Assembly (NCBI GenBank): GCA_032128875.1
Contig: JAVLKG010000012.1
Span: 128,001-192,000 of the forward strand
Direction: 5' to 3'
Source: Candidatus Melainabacteria bacterium 17Bon1m
Lineage (GTDB): Bacteria > Cyanobacteriota > Vampirovibrionia > Obscuribacterales > Obscuribacteraceae
Length of the DNA: 64,000 bases
A program made the position numbers and the translations under genes. Shown here one piece after another: positions 1 to 7,966 of the stretch; positions within the stretch are counted from its first letter, which is position 1, and each line of letters begins with the position of its first letter. Below the pieces are notes generated by a model. The model was not told the DNA's origin. It made no database searches and saw nothing but the letters and a program-made list of their open reading frames with translations.

Positions 1-684
1 GATGCATCTAAGAATGCGACACCTGCACAGGCCTCAGAAATCGCTTGTTTGGCTGCTAATCAGAAAGTCTCTCAGTTGTTGCATCAGGGCAAGGTGGCGA
101 AAGCTGCAGTGATTGCCTGTGCGCACAACATCGTCACTTCTGTTTCGCTCGCCTCTGTTTTGCCCAACGTCAACCGGACTAACTACGCTGCCGCCACCAG
201 AAGTGATGCTTTTGCCTCTAACTCCGAAAACGATTCAGCGTCAGCCGTACTGCAGGGGACTACTAATTCGGAAGTTCTGGCTTCTCAATCAGGTACTTAT
301 GCAGAGCGAAAGTATGAGCAATACTCTAAATACTCAGCGGACCTACAGGGCGCAACCAATGGAACCATCCCGCAAGGTACGGATGCAACCTACATCACAG
401 GAGTCAACACCGCAGGAACTGTACGTGTCAACAACATGGCAAATCTCGAAGCCTTGTTGAACATCATCGCCAACGGCTGTGAAATCCTTGGTATTTTGTT
501 CGGTGGAGCCTGGGCGGCCAAAGCGATTTTCGCAATGGCACAAGGAACACCGCAAGCCAAGGACGGCTTAACTCATTCTGCCAGACTTGCATATGGTGTG
601 TTGAGCATCGCAGGTGGCTTGGCTGTTCCGGGAGCAATCAATTGGCTAGTCGCATCTGCGCGCGACGCTAATTTGTTTAGCTAA
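1..684 (+). CDS. 5'-truncated membrane protein with a C-terminal two-helix hairpin (pilin/VirB2-IcmD-like fold, tentative)
   Basis: The frame is open from base 1 (DASKNATPAQ...), so the start lies outside the window. The C-terminus has two hydrophobic segments and ends GGLAVPGAINWLVASARDANLFS. Confidence 0.55.
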   Translation, partial: DASKNATPAQASEIACLAANQKVSQLLHQGKVAKAAVIACAHNIVTSVSLASVLPNVNRTNYAAATRSDAFASNSENDSASAVLQGTTNSEVLASQSGTYAERKYEQYSKYSADLQGATNGTIPQGTDATYITGVNTAGTVRVNNMANLEALLNIIANGCEILGILFGGAWAAKAIFAMAQGTPQAKDGLTHSARLAYGVLSIAGGLAVPGAINWLVASARDANLFS

Positions 685-707
685 GGCGCTGAGTTGATGG
701 GATAAGT

Positions 708-734
708 GCAGGGGGCGATGCCATGCATCGCCCC
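708..734 (+). repeat. REP-like palindrome, family B (may also act as terminator)
   Basis: GCAG followed by GGGGCGATGC-CAT-GCATCGCCCC, then TTTCTT. Related copies at 10004, 42483 and 49711. Confidence 0.7.
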
Positions 735-829
735 TTTCTTCGCAATTACCTCAATGAGTGGCACATTGTATGCGCCTTTTCAGTAGGTTAGAATGTTTCG
801 GTTGACATCGATACCGAAGGAAAATCTGC

Positions 830-1633
830 ATGGCTGAATCGGACGGAAGTGTAAGTTTTTACTTCTTCGATCTCGATGACAATTTGTTCTTTCTTCCGAC
901 GAAACTTTATTTGTGGAATGCGGAAGCTCAGCAGGAGCGTCCTATTTCTTCAGGCCAGTATGCAGAAGTACACGATCTCCTCGGCAGAAGCGGCGCGTGG
1001 CAAGAGTGGGCGGTAAGAGAGGAATTCAGCTATAGAGATTTTCGCGACGAGCCTGGGGTAAAACCCGAAGACCAACCGTTTTGCAAAGACTTACTGGCAG
1101 CAGCGCAATCCGGCGATTCGTCATGGAAGGGACCATCTTGGCCTTTGCTTGAACACGCGGCGAAGAGCCAAAGACCAGTTGTTTTCATAAGTGCCCGCGG
1201 TCACTCATCCGCAACTATTGAAGCTGGATTCAAAGCATTAGCCGACAAAGGAATTCTCGAAGCACCGCTGCTGATTCTAGGCATTTATACGGTGATGAAT
1301 CCTGAAGTGAGGAAAGTTTTGGGCGTTACCGATCAAAGCATCACTGTTCCATCTCTAAAGAAGCTTGCTATCAAAGCTGCTGTTGAGAAAGCGTTGGAGA
1401 AATATGGCAGTGCACCACCTCATCGATTTGGTATCTCAGATGATGACCCGAACAATGTGATGCTCGCGATTAATGCAATGCGCGACTGCAAGGTCAAGTA
1501 TCCAGACAAGCGTTTTTTTGTGATCAACACAAACAAAGAGCACTATGTGAAATTAGAAGTTTTCCCGATGCTCCACCCTGTCACCGCGGACGCACAAGGC
1601 AAAAAGTTACTCTCGCAACCAGATGTGCCCTAG
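830..1633 (+). CDS. HAD-superfamily hydrolase/phosphatase-like protein
   Basis: Motif I FFDLDDNL, motif II ISARGH, conserved Lys (LKK), motif IV GISDDD. Confidence 0.7.
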   Translation: MAESDGSVSFYFFDLDDNLFFLPTKLYLWNAEAQQERPISSGQYAEVHDLLGRSGAWQEWAVREEFSYRDFRDEPGVKPEDQPFCKDLLAAAQSGDSSWKGPSWPLLEHAAKSQRPVVFISARGHSSATIEAGFKALADKGILEAPLLILGIYTVMNPEVRKVLGVTDQSITVPSLKKLAIKAAVEKALEKYGSAPPHRFGISDDDPNNVMLAINAMRDCKVKYPDKRFFVINTNKEHYVKLEVFPMLHPVTADAQGKKLLSQPDVP

Positions 1634-1668
1634 ATTGCTTGTAAAGTCCGTGGCGCAATTTATTGCTG

Positions 1669-2022
1669 CTATGCCGAAGCCGTCTTCGGCGTCCTTCTGT
1701 TTTTCCTTTTGATGACCGTTGTCTCAACGGAAACATTCAGAACATCTGCGATAGTTGAGAGTATGCGCGATAAATTGTCCATACTTGGATTGCCTCGTGC
1801 AGAAAGCATTCTATGGAGACTTTTTGACGGACTTCCGATGCGGGTTGAAAGACCTTCGAATCCGATTGTTGCGTTAACTATCTCGCGCAATATGAGACGT
1901 GATGTTTCTGCATCTCCTGTTAAAAACAACGAAAGTGCCTCATCTAGAAGAGCTTGAGCGAACTCAGGATCTTTGTGAGCGCGCTCCATGATGGTGTCTT
2001 TAAAGTCGCGAGTTAGTCCCAT
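1669..2022 (-). CDS. Type II TA antitoxin, HTH addiction-module antidote
   Basis: DPEFAQALL...GFEGLSTRIGSPSKSLHRMLSARGNPSMDNL; lies directly downstream of the toxin gene. Confidence 0.85.
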   Translation of the reverse strand: MGLTRDFKDTIMERAHKDPEFAQALLDEALSLFLTGDAETSRLILREIVNATIGFEGLSTRIGSPSKSLHRMLSARGNPSMDNLSRILSTIADVLNVSVETTVIKRKNRRTPKTASA

Positions 2023-2055
2023 ATCTATTACTAAAGTCCTTTTTTCATCTCTAAA

Positions 2056-2403
2056 TTATTCTGGTTTTTTCTTGCTTTCTTCCTGGGATTTGTATTCTTT
2101 GTACAATGCTTTAGCGGTAGCAATGTCTCTAGATTGCCGCACCTTTGTTCCGCCTCCGAAGAGCACTATCAGATCTACGCCATCTCTTGCTAGATAGATG
2201 CGATATCCTGGACCCCAGTTTATCCTGTACTCACCGATGCCGCCGTCAAGCCATTTTATGGCTGAGGTTGCCCCTCTTTCCAATTTTAGTATCGCAACTG
2301 CCACTTTCGCTGCAGCTTCGGGCGGTAGCTTGTTGAACCAGCGCTGATAAGGGTTGGTTCCGTCTGGGCGTAAGTATTCCAGTATTTTTGGATGGTAACT
2401 CAT
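2056..2403 (-). CDS. Type II TA toxin, RelE/ParE (HigB-like addiction-module killer)
   Basis: GIGEYRINWGPGYRIY...LFGGGTKVRQSRDI signature; toxin-first gene order. Confidence 0.9.
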   Translation of the reverse strand: MSYHPKILEYLRPDGTNPYQRWFNKLPPEAAAKVAVAILKLERGATSAIKWLDGGIGEYRINWGPGYRIYLARDGVDLIVLFGGGTKVRQSRDIATAKALYKEYKSQEESKKKPE

Positions 2404-2457
2404 GTGTTACTGCCTGTCAATTGCAATCGGCAATTTCCTTGTGGGTCCATAAATTCA

Positions 2458-2486
2458 AATACGTAAATGGCGAGCAAAAAGTTCAA
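2458..2486 (-). promoter_or_regulatory. Putative ECF-sigma promoter TTGAAC-N17-CGTATT
   Basis: Minus strand TTGAAC tttttgctcgccattta CGTATT, 55 nt upstream of the toxin start. Same spacing at three other sites. Confidence 0.6.
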
Positions 2487-2524
2487 TTTGCTCGTATGAA
2501 GTTTCTGAATGATCTTTGTTGCAG

Positions 2525-3259
2525 TTAGGTTTGCTTCATCGGATCAACTATGCGCCAGGTTCCATCGGGAAAGAGGATTTCCGATGGTTCGTAGTGTCCT
2601 TTGTATTCCATCGAGCGGCAGCCTTTGACGAAGTAGCCGAGGTAGGCATAGGGCAAGCCTAATTCCCCTGCGCGCTGGATCATAGTAATCAAAATCCATG
2701 TTCCAAGTTGTCGATCCCGATAGTCTGGATCCCAAAAGAAGTAGATGCCGGAAAAACCATCCTTGAGCACGTCCATGTAGCTTACGGATACCAGTTTTTC
2801 ATCGATGTAATAACACCATTCTTCTACAGGAAATGGTCCATCTATGATGGAGGAAATATGTTCTACTCCACCAATTAGAGATGGTGTCGGCCAGCCTTTG
2901 GTTTGCGAATGATCCTGATGGTGACGCATGTACAAGGTCACTTTCTCTTCGTTGAGGTCTGGCGCTTGTACTTTTAGCACCACAGAGTTCTCGTTTTGTT
3001 TGATTAGGCGGCGCTGGCTTCGATTTGGCTTATATTCATGAGTTAGAACACGTATCGGCTGGCATGCCGTGCACGATGGACAGGCGGGGCGAAACAAGAC
3101 ATGCCCAAAGCGTCTCCAGCCGGAATTGATCAATTCCCAATATTTTTCAGGCGTGAGATTCTTAATCAGCGCGTACTTAAGTTGCCAGGTTTCGGCGGGC
3201 AAGTATCCGCACTGGCTTGGATGCGCTACGTAAGAATAATCAAGTTCCGGATCTTTCAA
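2525..3259 (-). CDS. bpt: ATE1-like aminoacyl-tRNA protein transferase (Bpt, Asp/Glu leucyltransferase family)
   Basis: CGYLP, GWRRFG...RPACPSCTAC, YFFWDP, YAYLGY, SMEYK. TTG start overlaps the upstream stop. Confidence 0.85.
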   Translation of the reverse strand: MKDPELDYSYVAHPSQCGYLPAETWQLKYALIKNLTPEKYWELINSGWRRFGHVLFRPACPSCTACQPIRVLTHEYKPNRSQRRLIKQNENSVVLKVQAPDLNEEKVTLYMRHHQDHSQTKGWPTPSLIGGVEHISSIIDGPFPVEEWCYYIDEKLVSVSYMDVLKDGFSGIYFFWDPDYRDRQLGTWILITMIQRAGELGLPYAYLGYFVKGCRSMEYKGHYEPSEILFPDGTWRIVDPMKQT

Positions 3260-3864
3260 TGAGAGTAAGTTCCAATCAGCTCCCCTTGTGCAAGGATATG
3301 CCCTTTTATGGCGGTTTCATACTGCTGCTTAGAACAACCCGGGCTGAGCTTAAGTTGGTCGCTTAGGGCTACCACTTTGAAGTGATAATGATGGTTTTGC
3401 CCCTTTGGAGGCATTGGACCGTTGTAGCCGAGTTGTTCGAAATCGTTTTTCCCTTCGATTGAACCCTTCGGCAGCGCCTTGCCCTTGCTTGCTCCTTCGC
3501 TCAACTGAGTAACACTCGCTGGAATGTTCGATAGGGTCCAATGCCACCATGTTCCGCCAGGCGCATCAGGATCTTCTACAGAAAGTGCATAGCATTTTGT
3601 GCCATTGGGCCCAGCGGTCCATTTTAGTGGTGGCGAGATATCTTTTCCATCGCCTGTGTATTGTTTTGGAATTATTTTTCCAGCACCAAATGCGGTGCTA
3701 GTGACTGTAAGCGTGTCCGATTGTTTCTTGATCTTCCCGGGGCCCGTTTTACTTGCCTTTGAGCCTGTTTTACTTTGGAAACCTGTTTCCCCCGCGATGG
3801 CACAGGCGCCGGATGCTGCGATGCACACACTAACGGTCGCCACTAAAAATCGATTGAGAAACAT
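3256..3864 (-). CDS. YbhB/YbcL family PEBP (Raf kinase inhibitor-like), secreted
   Basis: SPPLKW, EDPDAP...WWHW, GYNGPMPP...HHYHF. The ATG at 3864 gives a signal peptide (MFLNRFLVATVSVCIAA). Confidence 0.9.
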   Translation of the reverse strand: MFLNRFLVATVSVCIAASGACAIAGETGFQSKTGSKASKTGPGKIKKQSDTLTVTSTAFGAGKIIPKQYTGDGKDISPPLKWTAGPNGTKCYALSVEDPDAPGGTWWHWTLSNIPASVTQLSEGASKGKALPKGSIEGKNDFEQLGYNGPMPPKGQNHHYHFKVVALSDQLKLSPGCSKQQYETAIKGHILAQGELIGTYSH

Positions 3865-3876
3865 ATTTTTCCCCAT

Positions 3877-3916
3877 AAAAAAAATGACGGGTCTTTTCAT
3901 AAGATGACCCGTCATT
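3877..3916 (-). terminator. Intrinsic terminator after the LysM gene
   Basis: 11-bp stem AATGACGGGTC/GACCCGTCATT running into an 8-nt T-tract on the minus strand. Confidence 0.7.
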
Positions 3917-3963
3917 ATATTTGTTTTCGATGCTGGTTGGAAGCCGGCCATGGGCGGTAAAAG

Positions 3964-4992
3964 CTACGCGCGGTGGTGTCTCCATTGCTGCTGTTGTTGC
4001 TGTTGCTGCAAGCGTTGCTGATACACCTGATTCCAAGTTTGGTTTTGCTGCTGATGTTGGTGATGATGCTGTTGAATCTGCGGAATTCTAAACTGCTGAG
4101 CTTGATTGAGCGGCATCACGTAATTCTGCTGCGGATGCCCGTAGTGCGAGTAATTAACCGGCTCGCGATATTGCTGAAATTGGTGCGGCCTGTACTGTTG
4201 GTAGTTTGGATATCGTTGATTGTTGTAATAGCCGCCGTCATAATACCCGTCTCTACCATAGCTGTAATCGTCATAATACGGACGCGGGCGGTGGTGGTGG
4301 CGATCTCTGCCGCCTAGAACATTACCCAGAATTGCGCTGCCGGCCATCACGCCGATCATGCCCATAATGTCTCCTGCTGGACCCATGTCCATTGGGCGTT
4401 GTTTCATGTAGCGCTGGTCGCCATAATTCGGATTTCCGTATTGGTCGCCGTAATCCGCGCGCCTATCGACATCGTTGCCTTTCGGTCTATGATGTTCGGG
4501 CGGCGTGCTGCGGTCTCGCGGCGTGTCTTTGTCCTTCTCGCGCTCACTTGGTGGCTTATAATGCGTGTTGAGTACTTTTCCGTGACCAAGTTTCGCCAAT
4601 TCTTCAACACTGTCGACTTTGAGCGTCCATCCGCCCTTAATCTTATCGGGATTGGCTTCTAGTCCTTTTATAGAGTCTTTGTTCTTCTCGACCAGCCCTT
4701 TGACTACATCGAGTTTGAACTTGTCTGTCTTATCCTTGTGATTGGATTCATTGACCATTTTGTTGGCAATAGACCACAGGCTGTCTTTATCTTTGACGGT
4801 GTATGTCTTCGCTGCATCAGACGCCGTCGAAGCGACAACCTTCTTTTCACTGTTGTCGCCAGTAAATTGATAATTGTCCTTCGTGGTGGATGAGCGCTGC
4901 CAGTAGTCACCGGGATTGATTGCACTTTCTGTTGCCGCGACGGATGTGCGCGTTAATTCGCCAGGAGTGGACCCGCCATCGTTTCTATTCAT
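3964..4992 (-). CDS. LysM-domain protein with Y/Q/H/G low-complexity C-terminus
   Basis: YTVKDKDSLWSIA...NPDKIKGGWTLKV (LysM-like), a Gly-rich hydrophobic segment and a poly-Q/H tail. Confidence 0.7.
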   Translation of the reverse strand: MNRNDGGSTPGELTRTSVAATESAINPGDYWQRSSTTKDNYQFTGDNSEKKVVASTASDAAKTYTVKDKDSLWSIANKMVNESNHKDKTDKFKLDVVKGLVEKNKDSIKGLEANPDKIKGGWTLKVDSVEELAKLGHGKVLNTHYKPPSEREKDKDTPRDRSTPPEHHRPKGNDVDRRADYGDQYGNPNYGDQRYMKQRPMDMGPAGDIMGMIGVMAGSAILGNVLGGRDRHHHRPRPYYDDYSYGRDGYYDGGYYNNQRYPNYQQYRPHQFQQYREPVNYSHYGHPQQNYVMPLNQAQQFRIPQIQQHHHQHQQQNQTWNQVYQQRLQQQQQQQQWRHHRA

Positions 4993-5346
4993 TGGAGAAT
5001 ACTCTTAAGGTGTTTGGGAGGATGCACCGATCGTATCCACGGCAGGGTGAAGAGATCGTGAATGCGGTCCGTAAACTGCGTATTTACCGCAGTCTTGGCA
5101 ACTGAATTAAAGTTTAGTTGGCGCATTTAAGGGCGGTACAATTTCGATATTCGTCCATTGCATTCCCTTTGTTTTTCAGCTTCTTCGCGATGTTCGTGAA
5201 TACAGATCGCGTTGCGAACAATGCCGTTCGTAGCTGCTAAATGGGGGAACTTCCCATTCTAAGTGTTAACACAACCGGAGGTGCCGCCATAGCCAAAAGG
5301 ACACTATCCATTAATACGGTCGGCAGAATTCATTGGTGGACAATTT

Positions 5347-6468
5347 CTACTTCGGTAACGTGACTACAAATGTAGTGCCAGTTTGCGGTTTGCTGCTGAC
5401 AGTCATTTTGCCGCCATGCGAATCGATTATGCGTTGACACAAGTAAAGGTGCATTCCACACTTGGTCGAATATTTGCGACCAGTTTCACCTTCCCAAAAA
5501 CGCATGAAAAGCCGCTTTTGATCGTCGGGGTCAATATCTCTTCCGCGGTCGTTAATTGAGATCTGAACACCTTCGGTGACCTGGGCAACATTGATATCTA
5601 CCGTTTGCCGATTAGGTGAAGCCTTGATCGCGTTTTCCAAAAGTATAAGCACCACGCGCCTGATGCCGGAAGGATCGCCTTTGATTACTGGCGCACCTTG
5701 AGGGTAATCGGCTGTGACATTTATATTCTTGAACTTCGCCAGCTGCGCGCTTTCTTGTATGCAATTCTCAATCAGTTCTTTCAAGTCTATGTCCGACTTC
5801 ACTAACTGTTGTCGCGTTTGATCGTATGTATAGACGTCGAGTAATTCCTGCGTCACCGCAAGTGATTCTTCATTGCCTTTCTTCAACTGCGAGATCGCGA
5901 CTTTTTGTTGTTCGTTCAAATCACCAAGCGATCCTTCAAGCAAGTGCTCAAGCACGAGCCGACCACCAAGAAGTGGCAACCAAACCTCATTTGCGAGCAG
6001 TCCCATAAAGTCTTCTTTGAGTCTGCTCAGACCCATGGTTTTTTCCAAACCGGCCTTTTTCTTCTGCTCATTGACGAGCGCACTGCGAACGAGAGCCAGG
6101 TTGATCGCTCGATGCAATCGCTCGCGGTCGATGTGAGAATGAAGCAAATAATCTTGCGCGCCCCGCTTAACGGCATCAATGGCGGCACTTTCGTTTTCAG
6201 CTGGACAAATAACAATGACAGGCTGACTGACAAGCTCGCTCCAAAATTCACTGAATGCACGTTGACTTTGCCCGATGGACGTCGTCAGGTCGAATAGCAG
6301 GACTTGGTAGGTGTTCGTCTTCAGCAGATTAAGACCGTCTGATAATGTGCGAGACCAGGTGACTTGATACTCTCCGCGCGTCTCGTCGACCAGAAGATGC
6401 CTCACGGTCACGTAATCGGTGCGGTTGTCGCCAATCAGAAGTACGGATACCGGTTCTACGGTCGCCAT
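5347..6468 (-). CDS. REC-HisKA-HATPase hybrid kinase, catalytically degenerate
   Basis: Likely start MATVEPVSV at 6468, since the longer ORF overlaps the OmpA gene. H-box reads LANEVWLPL (no His); G1 DRGRDI and G2 KCGMHL are degenerate. Confidence 0.8.
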   Translation of the reverse strand: MATVEPVSVLLIGDNRTDYVTVRHLLVDETRGEYQVTWSRTLSDGLNLLKTNTYQVLLFDLTTSIGQSQRAFSEFWSELVSQPVIVICPAENESAAIDAVKRGAQDYLLHSHIDRERLHRAINLALVRSALVNEQKKKAGLEKTMGLSRLKEDFMGLLANEVWLPLLGGRLVLEHLLEGSLGDLNEQQKVAISQLKKGNEESLAVTQELLDVYTYDQTRQQLVKSDIDLKELIENCIQESAQLAKFKNINVTADYPQGAPVIKGDPSGIRRVVLILLENAIKASPNRQTVDINVAQVTEGVQISINDRGRDIDPDDQKRLFMRFWEGETGRKYSTKCGMHLYLCQRIIDSHGGKMTVSSKPQTGTTFVVTLPK

Positions 6469-6669
6469 CTGTATGGTCTCTCTGTCAATCCACTCGCCAA
6501 TTTCCGGTCTTGGATAGATGAAGCCGGATACCTTGAAAGTTCCCAGAAACCGAACTTTTTCAACATCTAGGCTCAAGGCTTCTACGCCGGCTGCTCTTTG
6601 TTGTCTTTCAACAGTTTCATTAAAGCCGCCTTGGGGTGTTATTGAATGACCTGCTTGCGGAGCACTAAC

Positions 6670-7473
6670 ATGAAAAACAAGTTTTTGGCGGCCCTTTTTG
6701 CTTGTACTCTTGCGCAGAGCGTGGTTTTTGCCCCTGTGTTCGCGCAGGACACCAGCAAAATCAACCGATGGTTCGAGGACATCAACAAGAAATATCCGAA
6801 TTTGCAAAAAAAGCAGAATGTGGGAAACATTCAAGATCCCGGAAAGATTGGCACCCCCGGAAAGATTCAGACCCCTGGAAATATCAACGCGCCGCAAGGA
6901 CTACAGGCGATTAAGACAAAAACAGATCCTTGCAGCCAGCGCTTTCTCATCGGCGCCGACACCCTTTTCGAATTTGACAAAGCGACGCTAACACCGCGCG
7001 CAGAGGAAACATTGAGCGTCCTTGGACCCATGATTGAAAATGCAGGACCGCACCCCGTTGTTATAGAGGGGCACACCGATAGCGTTGGAACTGATGAGTA
7101 CAACCAAGAATTAAGTGAGCGTCGCGCAGAACGCGTACGAAATTGGCTGCTGGAGCATCGTGTCGTTGAGAGACGCGCTGTTTCAACCATCGGGTTTGGG
7201 GAGAAGAAGCCTGTTGCCCCGAATACGAAGCCTGATGGCAAGGACAATCCACCAGGTCGCGCGCTGAACAGGCGAGTGGAAGTCGTTGTGAATACCTGTG
7301 CAAAACTGGACGAGCCCGCGGTTACTGCTGCACCTGTTGCACCAGCGGCAGAAACTCGCGCGGCGGCAGAAACTCCTGCGTCGGCAGAAACTCCTGCGGC
7401 GGCAGAAACTCCTGCGGCGGCAGAAACCCCAGCGTCGGCAGAAACCTCGTCTAAGACTGAAACATCACCGTAA
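6670..7473 (+). CDS. OmpA-family peptidoglycan-binding protein, secreted
   Basis: Signal peptide MKNKFLAALFAC...; LFEFDKA, IEGHTDSVG, NQELSERRA, NRRVE. Confidence 0.92.
   Translation: MKNKFLAALFACTLAQSVVFAPVFAQDTSKINRWFEDINKKYPNLQKKQNVGNIQDPGKIGTPGKIQTPGNINAPQGLQAIKTKTDPCSQRFLIGADTLFEFDKATLTPRAEETLSVLGPMIENAGPHPVVIEGHTDSVGTDEYNQELSERRAERVRNWLLEHRVVERRAVSTIGFGEKKPVAPNTKPDGKDNPPGRALNRRVEVVVNTCAKLDEPAVTAAPVAPAAETRAAAETPASAETPAAAETPAAAETPASAETSSKTETSP
7345..7449 (+). repeat. 18-bp coding tandem repeat, about 6 copies ((A/S)AETPA)
   Basis: Units of (G/T)CGGCAGAAACTCCTGCG starting at 7345, 7363, 7381, 7399, 7417 and 7435. Confidence 0.9.
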
Positions 7474-7506
7474 AGGGTATGATGGACGTGGGTCGGGGAG
7501 GGCAAT

Positions 7507-7929
7507 ATGTTGGTTTTTAGATCGATTTTGCTCGGAGTCTTCTTTCTTTTGTCGGCCTGCCCTTTTGCGCAAGCAGACAACGCGCCGGTGGCGCCTTCCG
7601 ATGCGAAAGGAAAGGTCTTGGTTGTATTTATCTACGACCCGCATTGCCAGTTTACCTGCGACAAAGTGCGCCCCACCGTCCGCGAAGTGCAGTCTAAGTA
7701 CGCGAAGTCCGTCTCCTACTTAGAGATCGACACAGGGGAAGACCACGCCGCGCAGTCGAAAGCTTTGGCTGAAAAGAACGGCGTGCTTTGGTTTTACAAC
7801 GATAACCTGAAGTTTGTGCCAGTTGTTGGCTTTTTCTCTCCTGAAAGAAAATGTATAAAATATCTGACAGGACCAAAGACGAAAGGCGTTTATCAAGCCG
7901 CTCTCGAAAGGGCAATGAAAGCTAAGTGA
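7507..7929 (+). CDS. Secreted thioredoxin-fold protein with CxxxC
   Basis: Signal peptide; KGKVLVVFIYDPHCQFTC; FVPVV cis-Pro-like loop. Confidence 0.65.
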   Translation: MLVFRSILLGVFFLLSACPFAQADNAPVAPSDAKGKVLVVFIYDPHCQFTCDKVRPTVREVQSKYAKSVSYLEIDTGEDHAAQSKALAEKNGVLWFYNDNLKFVPVVGFFSPERKCIKYLTGPKTKGVYQAALERAMKAK

Positions 7930-7966
7930 TTTGCTTAATGGCAATCGAACAATCGAGTAGTTCCAA

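Noticed and set aside
6469-6897. N-terminal 143 aa of the 516-aa kinase ORF
   Set aside because: It overlaps the OmpA gene in antisense; the REC domain begins at ATG 6468.
6867-7723. 237-aa antisense ORF and the RRQKLL-repeat ORF
   Set aside because: Shadow frames of the OmpA gene and its 18-bp repeat.
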